NCBI GenBank assembly: GCA_020051155.1
Contig: JAGVJK010000007.1
Location: 3,636 to 67,635, forward strand
DNA length: 64,000 nt
Direction of reading: 5' to 3'
DNA from: Gammaproteobacteria bacterium
Lineage (GTDB): Bacteria; Pseudomonadota; Gammaproteobacteria; UBA1113
Part shown: piece by piece, positions 1 to 7,073 of the stretch
How the letters are laid out: each line of letters opens with the position of its first letter
Numbering within the stretch: the first letter of the stretch is position 1
Made by a program: the position numbers and the translations under genes
Notes under the pieces: model-generated
What the model saw: the letters and a program-made list of their open reading frames with translations, nothing else
The model's database searches: none
Told to the model about the DNA's origin: nothing

Positions 1-390
1 AGTAATATGAAATTCTTGCAACAAGTGTTCGAGAATTTCTTGACGTTGTTCTTTGCTTAACTCTTTACGTAATTGCAAAATCGCCATGATATTTTGTTCA
101 ACGGTGAGTTTGCGAAACACCGAAGGTTCTTGCGGCAAGTAACCAATTCCCATTTGCGCTCGCGCGTGCATAGGCAAATGACTAATGGTTGTGTCATCGA
201 TAACAACAGAACCACCATCAAGCGGCACAAGGCCGACAATCATATAAAAACTCGTGGTTTTACCGGCGCCATTAGGACCAAGTAAACCAACAATCTCGCC
301 ACTATTTACTGTGATGCTGACATTTTTAACGACTTCACGTTGCTTGTATTTTTTTCTTAGCTCAACGGCTTTTAATTGATGTTGGGGCAT
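1..390 (-). CDS. lptB: LPS export ABC transporter ATP-binding protein LptB, N-terminal part (3' end runs off the left edge)
   Basis: Not in the ORF track (no stop in window). Reverse complement from the ATG at 388-390 reads MPQHQLKAVELRKKYKQREVVKNVSITVNSGEIVGLLGPNGAGKTTSFYM... (Walker A GPNGAGKT). Lies directly downstream of lptA, as in the E. coli lptCAB order. Confidence 0.85.
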   Translation of the reverse strand, partial: MPQHQLKAVELRKKYKQREVVKNVSITVNSGEIVGLLGPNGAGKTTSFYMIVGLVPLDGGSVVIDDTTISHLPMHARAQMGIGYLPQEPSVFRKLTVEQNIMAILQLRKELSKEQRQEILEHLLQEFHIT

Positions 391-393
391 GGT

Positions 394-951
394 TTATGAT
401 CCTGGGGTTGAGGAAATGCTGGTATTACCATCGGGTTGTATCACAATCGTGGTGCGTGAAGGGCCACCGCTAGTTAAAGCAGTAGCTGTAGAATTTAATA
501 ATTGTTTTGCAATGTCATATTCTAAATGCTCACCGTTAATAGAATTAGCACCTTGTTTTATGCTCGCATTTTTTAACAAAATAACATAATGCTGTTGCGG
601 ATAGTATTTAATAGTAGCCGCAGTTGCAACCAAAGGTGGCTTACCAACTTCGGGGAGTGTTTTATAGGAAGCAAGATTATTATTGACGCCAGTAATGATT
701 ACTTCTTCTAATTTATTGTTTTTATCATTGTGAGTGACCACTTGATCACCGGTGACATGGGTACTGCCTTGATCAATCACCACATCTCCTTTAAAAACAC
801 CAATACCAGTGGTGCGATTCATATCTGCGGTTTGTGAGACGATATAAAGCTTTTGGTTTTGATCGGTGTTGAGTGCTAACCCATTCAATGAGGCAGCGAG
901 TAAAGCAAAAAGCCAAAAACTAAGACGTTGCTTTTTCAGGAGCATAGACAC
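394..951 (-). CDS. lptA: LPS transport periplasmic protein LptA (OstA-like)
   Basis: ORF track, 185 aa. Signal-peptide-like N-terminus (LSFWLFALLAASLNGLA). OstA/LptA-type repeats (FKGDVVIDQGSTHVTGDQVV). Sits between lptC and lptB. The true start may be a few codons in (about 945). Confidence 0.8.
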   Translation of the reverse strand: MSMLLKKQRLSFWLFALLAASLNGLALNTDQNQKLYIVSQTADMNRTTGIGVFKGDVVIDQGSTHVTGDQVVTHNDKNNKLEEVIITGVNNNLASYKTLPEVGKPPLVATAATIKYYPQQHYVILLKNASIKQGANSINGEHLEYDIAKQLLNSTATALTSGGPSRTTIVIQPDGNTSISSTPGS

Positions 952-1513
952 CTCGTGTGTTAGATAAGAGATCGATTTTCTTCTGTGCTAAATAAGCATT
1001 CATACCAATAGCGGTTACCAGCAAATCTGGTTTTTGAATAGTGACATGTTGATCGGTTGTTGCTAATTGTTCATTGGGATAATAAGTAAGGCTCGAGGTG
1101 GCGATCAGTACATCGTCATTGTTGGTGCCTTTCTTTTCGTGAATATTCACTTGCTGATTTAAAATAATTTTTTTACCGTGTTGTAAGCTCGTGCCTTGCA
1201 AAGCAGTAATGATCCAAGGTTGTTTTTTATCGGATTGATAAATAATATAGACGGGTGTTTCTAAATCCGCTTTATCATCTTTTTGGTAATGTAAAACACT
1301 GGGCGTGGTGAGACGTTTTATTACTTGACCATTTTCATCAGTTTCAATGCTCGTGACACGCTTCATGAAAAGATCGGGGCGTAATTGCTCACCCTTAGCG
1401 ACCTTTGCGCTGGGTTCATTGGATTTAAACAATAGCCAACCAGTGTAGGTGACACCTAGCAGTAGCAGGACCATAAAAATGTATTTCTTAGCGCTATCCA
1501 TCAAGATATTCAC
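920..1513 (-). CDS. lptC: LPS export system protein LptC
   Basis: ORF track, 197 aa. Single N-terminal TM helix (YIFMVLLLLGVTYTGWLLF). Size and position between kdsC and lptA match the conserved kdsD-kdsC-lptC-lptA-lptB order. Assignment rests mainly on synteny. Confidence 0.7.
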   Translation of the reverse strand: MNILMDSAKKYIFMVLLLLGVTYTGWLLFKSNEPSAKVAKGEQLRPDLFMKRVTSIETDENGQVIKRLTTPSVLHYQKDDKADLETPVYIIYQSDKKQPWIITALQGTSLQHGKKIILNQQVNIHEKKGTNNDDVLIATSSLTYYPNEQLATTDQHVTIQKPDLLVTAIGMNAYLAQKKIDLLSNTRGVYAPEKATS

Positions 1514-2021
1514 TATAAATAGACTCCAAGGTTTGCTGCGCTGTCATGATTAATTCGCAAATTTCGCGCGCTGCACCGTGACCACCGGCTTGGCGAGTTT
1601 GCCAATCAGCATGACGTCGTACAAATTCCGGTGCATTGGCTACGGTGATACCTAACCCTGCTTTGCGAATTAACGGTAAATCCGGTAAGTCATCACCGAC
1701 ATAACAGACTTGTTCATCACTTAATTGTAAAGTTTTCGTTAAATCTAAATACGCCGGCATTTTTGCTTCTTGTCCTTGATACACATGTTCAATGCCTAAG
1801 GTTTGCATACGATGCGTGATCAAAGAAGATTTGTGACTGGTGATGATGCCGACGTTGATGCCGGATTTCATCAAGAGTTTGATCCCTAATCCATCATGAC
1901 AATGAAAGGCTTTATACTGCATTTGCTCGTCAGGAATATATAAACGGCCATCGGTTAAAACCCCATCCACATCAAAAATCACTAATTTAATTTTTTTAGC
2001 TTTTTCTAATAATCCTTGCAT
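1494..2021 (-). CDS. kdsC: 3-deoxy-D-manno-octulosonate 8-phosphate phosphatase KdsC (HAD family)
   Basis: ORF track 1494..2063. I prefer the internal ATG at 2021 (MQGLLEKAKKIKLVIFDVDGVLTDG), which puts the HAD DxDGV motif at the N-terminus and abuts the kdsD stop. Also carries the GDDLPD motif. Confidence 0.85.
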   Translation of the reverse strand: MQGLLEKAKKIKLVIFDVDGVLTDGRLYIPDEQMQYKAFHCHDGLGIKLLMKSGINVGIITSHKSSLITHRMQTLGIEHVYQGQEAKMPAYLDLTKTLQLSDEQVCYVGDDLPDLPLIRKAGLGITVANAPEFVRRHADWQTRQAGGHGAAREICELIMTAQQTLESIYSEYLDG

Positions 2022-2022
2022 G

Positions 2023-2994
2023 TTAAACCACTCCTGAGCGTAATAAATCGTGTAAATGAACAATGCCTAATAAACGTCGATTATTTTCTTCATCGACAAT
2101 CAGTAAGGCGGTAATTTTGTGAGTTTCCATAATTTTTAAAGCTTCCACCGCTAGGGTGTGAGGCGGCATGGTTTTACAAGAGGTGGTCATCACGTCGGAA
2201 ATTTGTGTTTGACGAGGATCTAAACCTTTATCCACGGTACGACGTAAATCACCATCGGTGTAAATGCCGCAGAGAAATCCCTGTTCATCCATCACGGCGG
2301 TTAAACCAAAACCTTTTTGTGTCATTTCCATTAAGGCTTCATTGACGCAACAATTGATGGAGACTTTCGGTAATTTTTCTCCAGTGTGCATGAGATGGCT
2401 GACACATAGTAATAAGCGTCGTCCTAAGGCGCCGCTGGGGTGCGAGAGCGCAAAATCTTCTTCGGTAAAGCCACGGGCATTTAATAAGGCGATGGCTAAG
2501 GCATCTCCCATGACTAGCATAACCGTCGTGCTGCTGGTGGGGGCTAAGCCGAGGGGACATGCTTCTTTTTCCACGCTGGCATCTAAATTCACATTGGCTG
2601 CTTGTGCTAAGGTAGATTGCGCATTGCCTGTTAAGCTGATGAGCGGGACGTTTAAGCGTTTAATTAAGGGTAACAGGGTTAAAATTTCCGAGGTTTCACC
2701 GGAATTGGAGAGGGCGATGACCACATCTTTGCGGGTAATCATTCCCGCATCGCCATGGCCCGCTTCACCAGGATGCACGTAAAAGGCAGGGCTACCGGTG
2801 CTGGCCAAGGTGGCAGCGATTTTATTGCCGATATGACCGGATTTACCCATCCCTAACACCACAATCCGACCTTCGCAGGCCAGCATATATTCACAGGCAC
2901 GCGCAAAATCTTCGTTAATACGGTCAGTGAGTGCTTGAATAGCATGAAGTTCTGTTGCGATTACCGCACGACCCAGTTGGCAAAAATCGGACAT
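2023..2994 (-). CDS. kdsD: arabinose-5-phosphate isomerase KdsD (SIS + tandem CBS)
   Basis: ORF track, 323 aa. SIS motifs GMGKSGHIG and SNSGET, followed by CBS-like C-terminal repeats. Lies upstream of kdsC. Confidence 0.9.
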   Translation of the reverse strand: MSDFCQLGRAVIATELHAIQALTDRINEDFARACEYMLACEGRIVVLGMGKSGHIGNKIAATLASTGSPAFYVHPGEAGHGDAGMITRKDVVIALSNSGETSEILTLLPLIKRLNVPLISLTGNAQSTLAQAANVNLDASVEKEACPLGLAPTSSTTVMLVMGDALAIALLNARGFTEEDFALSHPSGALGRRLLLCVSHLMHTGEKLPKVSINCCVNEALMEMTQKGFGLTAVMDEQGFLCGIYTDGDLRRTVDKGLDPRQTQISDVMTTSCKTMPPHTLAVEALKIMETHKITALLIVDEENNRRLLGIVHLHDLLRSGVV

Positions 2995-3161
2995 CAGGGG
3001 CTTTTATCCTTTTGTAATATTGGTAAATAAGGCCATAAAATTGAGTCATAGTTTACCGGAAATTATGTCTGATAACCATGGGGTGGGTTGAATTTGAGCA
3101 AATAAATCTTTTATATTGAAAATGAGAGGAAGTTAGAACATAAAGTTTTTGTTTTAACTGG

Positions 3162-3201
3162 CAAAGGCGTCCTATTTTTAGCTTTAGGACGCCTTTGTTT
3201 T
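3162..3201 (+). terminator. intrinsic-terminator-like hairpin whose T-tract is on the plus strand
   Basis: 12-bp perfect stem caaaggcgtcct (3162-3173) / aggacgcctttg (3186-3197), followed by ttttg. On the minus strand the hairpin is followed by ccagttaaaac, with no U-tract. Confidence 0.5.
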
Positions 3202-3208
3202 GCGGGGT

Positions 3209-4207
3209 TTAAGAAGAAGAGGATGAAGGTGAAGAAGATGATGATGGTGATGATGCTGGTGGTGGAGACAACGTGCGGTAGGGGCCAAGGAGCGATAAAC
3301 GTTCTGGTGTTATAGGATTTAGCTCTTTACATGTGTTTAAAAATTGTGATTGTGACGGATATATCTCAGGATTATCTCTTATGTGGTTTAATTTATTTTC
3401 ATTGATTTTAGTAGCTCCAGCCTGGAATAACATCTGAAAAATAGCTTGTTCATTGAAAAAAATAGCTAAATCTAGAAGACTAAATTCAGATAAATAGCTA
3501 AAGCAGATGGGAGAAGGAGATGTTGATTGTTCAATGCTATCGTTTTGAGGTGGAGTAGTCTTCTTTATTGGAGTTTCAATACCAAACTCTGTTTCTGTAT
3601 CTAAATTAACTTTTTTCTTCCCAGTGTATGCTAATAAATTTGCAACTAATTCGACCTTACCAAAGATAATTCCATATTCCAGCGGAGTTACCTTGCATGA
3701 AGGATTGCGTGCTACTTTTAGAAATCCATCGATGAATACTGGTTCCGCTTTTCTAAAAAAATGGTTTGAAAGCCCTTTTTCCGGGAAAAGCGCAAGATTG
3801 AGATGGCTATAGTTAAGAGAAAAAGACTTATTCCCGCGGTGCTCAATTAGCAAAAATGTAGTGTTTGCGGTAGGGTAGTGGTCTAACGCAATATCTAAGG
3901 GTTCTTGATTCTTGCTATTTTGTGCGTGGATATTAGCGCCAGCGAGGAGTAATTGTTTGACTAACTGGTATCTATGCGCATCATCAATGGTTTCAGTTAA
4001 AGCTTCATGTAAAGGGGTTTGGCCCCAGGCGTATTGATCAACGCATGCATCTGTGCGTTCCCCCCCGCAGGAGAACCAACCAAATTGTTGATGCACAAAA
4101 ATGCGATTTAAAAAAGGGTAACTTGCTCGAAAACCGTGCAATGCCATTTTAGCGTTAGCACGTGAAGTCTCGAGTGCTAAAATTTCTTGATCATCACTAG
4201 CTGCCAT
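3209..4207 (-). CDS. ankyrin-repeat protein with C-terminal Ser/Pro tail (candidate secreted effector)
   Basis: ORF track, 332 aa. Degenerate ANK repeats (TPLHEAL...LVKQLLLAGANIHAQN; VTPLEYGIIFGKVELVANLL; LLDLAIFFNEQAIFQMLFQAGA). C-terminus is SPPPASSPSSSSSPSSSSS. Visibly more AT-rich than its neighbours. Confidence 0.75.
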   Translation of the reverse strand: MAASDDQEILALETSRANAKMALHGFRASYPFLNRIFVHQQFGWFSCGGERTDACVDQYAWGQTPLHEALTETIDDAHRYQLVKQLLLAGANIHAQNSKNQEPLDIALDHYPTANTTFLLIEHRGNKSFSLNYSHLNLALFPEKGLSNHFFRKAEPVFIDGFLKVARNPSCKVTPLEYGIIFGKVELVANLLAYTGKKKVNLDTETEFGIETPIKKTTPPQNDSIEQSTSPSPICFSYLSEFSLLDLAIFFNEQAIFQMLFQAGATKINENKLNHIRDNPEIYPSQSQFLNTCKELNPITPERLSLLGPYRTLSPPPASSPSSSSSPSSSSS

Positions 4208-4622
4208 TCTTTATACCTCATTATCAGTCATTCAATTAATCCCAACAAAGATACAGAAAAAATCACACAGGTCAAGCATTTTTTGAGCACAGCTGTGCTA
4301 TTTCAGTCCTGATAATCAGCTCAAGCTCTTAAAAATGCCTTTTATTGGTCACTAAATAGATAAATTTTAAACGGAATCATAAATATGGCTTTTTTTTACC
4401 AAAATTGCGGTAGAATATGCCAGATTATAGGTGAATGATCCTGAGCATGGGCCTGAGAATGAAACAGCATCTTCTGAAACGATACCACTTAATTCTCAGG
4501 GCGACGAGGCAGGTTATGGAACGCTTCATCAAATGGAAGTTGATCTAGGAGGTGGATCTGCTGGCGTTGAACCTTATGAACGGATGTATCCACATCCACA
4601 AAATATGTAAATACAGCAATAT

Positions 4623-4653
4623 AGCGCCAAGAGATTTTCTTGGTGCTATTTTC
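4623..4653 (+). terminator. intrinsic-terminator-like hairpin
   Basis: Stem agcgccaaga (4623-4632) / tcttggtgct (4638-4647, one G-T pair), 5-nt loop, then attttc. Lies 13 nt after the stop of an unlisted 59-codon ORF (4431-4610). Confidence 0.4.
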
Positions 4654-4670
4654 AAGATCAGCGCGTGATA

Positions 4671-4980
4671 GATCTCAATGAAGGTGTCTGGCACATTGAT
4701 TTGGAAAAAAGAATCTAAATTTTCCACAATAATCAAAAAGAGAACCAGCGTAAAAGCATTCTCGTGTGCCTGACTCCGTCTGCATTGAGCGCTCGACGAA
4801 GAGCCTCCTAATCAACATCAATTCGAAATGTGCTCTATCAAAAAGAAACTGTTTTTTTGAGATCGGCATAAGCGGAGTCAGGCACACGAGAATGCTTTTA
4901 CGCTGGTTCTCTTTTTGATTTGTTAGGAGCAAGATGTGCCCGTTTTCCAAATCAATGTGCCAGACACCGCTGTTGAGATC
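4671..4980. mobile_element. MITE-like nested inverted-repeat element, family 1, copy 1 (310 bp, TA-flanked)
   Basis: Outer IR gatctcaatgaaggtgtctggcacattgatttggaaaa / ttttccaaatcaatgtgccagacacc...gagatc. Inner perfect ~48-bp IR aatcaaaaagagaaccagcgtaaaagcattctcgtgtgcctgactccg. TA dinucleotide on both flanks (4669-70, 4981-82). No ORF of its own. Confidence 0.8.
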
Positions 4981-4995
4981 TATGCGAAATAATTT

Positions 4996-5331
4996 TTACG
5001 GTTTATATCCGAGAAAAGGTAATTCGCGAGCGGGGCTATCAAAAAGTTGGTGGAGTAAAGTAAATAGTGCGCCACAGACTAATGCGCCTATGACCAATCC
5101 CCATTTGGCGGCTTCTGTGAGTACTAAAACAGCTGCGTCTGTTATAGGTTGCCATTGGCTGAGTGCAGTTTCTCTAAGAACTAGGGCTGTACTCATATTA
5201 CCGCTAGTAAGACTGTTAACTTGGGCATTATTGCCTTGCCATTGTTGATAAGCAGCGTTAAGAAATCCTATTTGCAAGGCATAGCATGCTACCGTGAATA
5301 CAGCATTTACAAAGGCATCACTTTGTCTCAT
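4996..5331 (-). CDS. hypothetical small membrane protein
   Basis: ORF track, 111 aa. gagga about 10 nt upstream of the ATG. Hydrophobic segments at both ends (FVNAVFTVACYALQIGFL; WGLVIGALVCGALFTLL). No recognisable family. The overlapping plus ORF 4934..5248 starts inside the MITE and is disfavoured. Confidence 0.4.
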   Translation of the reverse strand: MRQSDAFVNAVFTVACYALQIGFLNAAYQQWQGNNAQVNSLTSGNMSTALVLRETALSQWQPITDAAVLVLTEAAKWGLVIGALVCGALFTLLHQLFDSPARELPFLGYKP

Positions 5332-5538
5332 TTTATTTGAATCCTCAATGAATAATTTAATTTTTTTGATTTAATAAGAAGCAGGTTAAACTGCACGCAA
5401 GATTGTACAATATTTCCGCATAATAAACCAGTTCAATTTGGCTTATTGGCGCTACCTCCAAAAATCTAAATTGGGCTAGTTTTTTAATTTCAGAGAGGCA
5501 GCCACTTGGATATCGCGACAAATAATCGATAAATCTGT

Positions 5539-5597
5539 CGCGATTTGACAGATCGCGACAAATAAGCTATTAATTTGTCGCGATCTGTCAAATCGCG
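5539..5597. promoter_or_regulatory. 25-bp perfect inverted repeat (9-bp spacer), putative operator upstream of the Fic gene
   Basis: cgcgatttgacagatcgcgacaaat (5539-5563) is the exact reverse complement of atttgtcgcgatctgtcaaatcgcg (5573-5597). Part of a TCGCGA array (5513, 5538, 5553, 5578, variant at 5593, 5628). Confidence 0.6.
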
Positions 5598-5624
5598 CCA
5601 CATTTTTGGCGCAAGGGGGAAATA

Positions 5625-6995
5625 ATGTCGCGAAAGGTTGCTTCAAAAGAAATAGAACAAATTTTAGCCTTTTTGCAGCAATATCCTGAAGGGGCTTCGG
5701 CTGAAGTTATTTTGCAGGGATTGCCAAATGAAATATCCAAGCGTACTTTGCAGCGGCGATTAGCTAAGCTTATTGTAGAGCAACAGGTAGTGAGAGTGGG
5801 TGAGGGGGCAGCGAGTCATTATCAACTTGCTACAACACCCGTGAAAATAACATCTGCACACGCCTATGATTACATTCCATTATCTAGTCCGGCAGAATCG
5901 TTACGAGAGGCCATCCACCAACCATTATCATTGCGGCGCCCAGTAAGTTATGACCGTGCATTGCTTGATGCTTATGAGCCTAATGTCACTTATTATTTGC
6001 CGGTCTCACTGCGCCAGCGGTTGATGAATTGGGGACAAATTTCAAAAGAACAGCAGCCTGCCGGTACTTATGCGAAGAAAATTTTAGAACGATTATCGAT
6101 TGATTTATCCTGGAATTCCTCACGCTTAGAAGGTAATACATATTCTTTATTAGAAACAGCGCGATTGCTTGAGCAAGGCGAGGCGAGTACAGGGAAACAA
6201 CAATTTGAAGCACAAATGATTTTGAATCATAAAGCAGCGATAGATTTTATGATTTCTTCGGCAGAAGATATTGACTTTAATCGTTACACTATTTTGAACT
6301 TACACGCCCTATTGTCTGATAACTTATTGCCAAATCCCGCAGCTTGTGGGCGATTGCGTCAAATTCCAGTAGGCATCGCTGGAACAGTCTATTATCCATT
6401 AGAGATTCCGCAAGCGATTGAGGAGTTTTTTCAACAAATTTTGGATAAAGCAAAAGCTATCATTGATCCCTTCGAGCAAGCGTTTTTTGTCATGTTACAT
6501 ATTCCTTACTTGCAGCCTTTTGAAGATGTTAATAAACGAGTCTCGCGTTTAGCTGCTAATTTACCGTTGTTTCGAAAAAATTTATGTCCACTTTCTTTTA
6601 TCGATGTGCCAGAGCAAGCCTATATTGATGCTACTTTAGCGGTTTATGAGTTTCATCGATATGATCTTTTACGTGATGTGTTTGAGTGGGCTTATCAGCG
6701 ATCGGCTCTGCATTATGCAGCGCTCCAACAATCCTTGGGAGAGCCTGATCCGTTTAAATGGCGCTATCGAAAACAAATCGCTTTGCTGATGAAACAAATT
6801 GTTAGTTTGCAATTAAATAAAGAACAGGCGATTCAGTTGATTCAACAAGCAGCAAATTTAGAGGTGCCAGTTACCGATCATCAAAAATTTATTGAAATGG
6901 TGGATCGAGAAATCATGAGTCTGCATGAGGGTAATATTGCACGTTATCAAATACGGCGTGAGGAATATGCTGCCTGGCGTGCGTTGTGGGATTAA
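5625..6995 (+). CDS. HTH + Fic/Doc-fold protein with degenerate active-site motif (QPFEDVNKRVSR)
   Basis: ORF track, 456 aa. aggggga SD. N-terminal wHTH-like segment (ISKRTLQRRLAKLIVEQQVVRV). Intact alpha-inh-type motif SSRLEG (res 165-170). Fic-core motif region LHIPYLQPFEDVNKRVSRLAAN, where the canonical HxFx(D/E)GNGRxxR His is Gln (cag, 6513-6515). Confidence 0.75.
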   Translation: MSRKVASKEIEQILAFLQQYPEGASAEVILQGLPNEISKRTLQRRLAKLIVEQQVVRVGEGAASHYQLATTPVKITSAHAYDYIPLSSPAESLREAIHQPLSLRRPVSYDRALLDAYEPNVTYYLPVSLRQRLMNWGQISKEQQPAGTYAKKILERLSIDLSWNSSRLEGNTYSLLETARLLEQGEASTGKQQFEAQMILNHKAAIDFMISSAEDIDFNRYTILNLHALLSDNLLPNPAACGRLRQIPVGIAGTVYYPLEIPQAIEEFFQQILDKAKAIIDPFEQAFFVMLHIPYLQPFEDVNKRVSRLAANLPLFRKNLCPLSFIDVPEQAYIDATLAVYEFHRYDLLRDVFEWAYQRSALHYAALQQSLGEPDPFKWRYRKQIALLMKQIVSLQLNKEQAIQLIQQAANLEVPVTDHQKFIEMVDREIMSLHEGNIARYQIRREEYAAWRALWD

Positions 6996-7017
6996 TAAAG
7001 AAGCATCTTTCCTTTTC

Positions 7018-7032
7018 TGGCACAAATAATGC
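7018..7032 (+). promoter_or_regulatory. sigma-54-like -24/-12 element upstream of mlaF
   Basis: TGGCACaaataATGCT. GG (7019-20) and GC (7031-32) have the canonical GG-N10-GC spacing, and 4/5 match to TTGCW at -12. Sits 42 nt upstream of the SD-preceded GTG at 7074. Confidence 0.3.
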
Positions 7033-7073
7033 TGCTACTATCAATACTTAGCAAGTCGGCAGGGGGCAGCAGG

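Noticed and set aside
2264-2782. 172-aa plus-strand ORF antisense to kdsD. Similar long antisense ORFs lie at 8125..8469, 14057..14419, 30312..30704, 51725..52045 and 55756..56121.
   Set aside because: Each lies wholly inside a longer ORF with strong family motifs on the other strand. None has recognisable motifs or an RBS.
4685-4705. The MITE terminus CTGGCACattgaTTTGG resembles a sigma-54 -24/-12 promoter.
   Set aside because: The -12 position has TTTGG rather than TTGC(A/T) and lacks the conserved GC. The same sequence occurs at every copy terminus, so it is explained as the transposon inverted repeat.
4545-5248. ORF-track entries 4545..4736, 4675..4950 and 4934..5248.
   Set aside because: They lie within or start inside the family-1 MITE and are translations of its inverted repeats. 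They have no SD and mirror-image ORFs appear on both strands.
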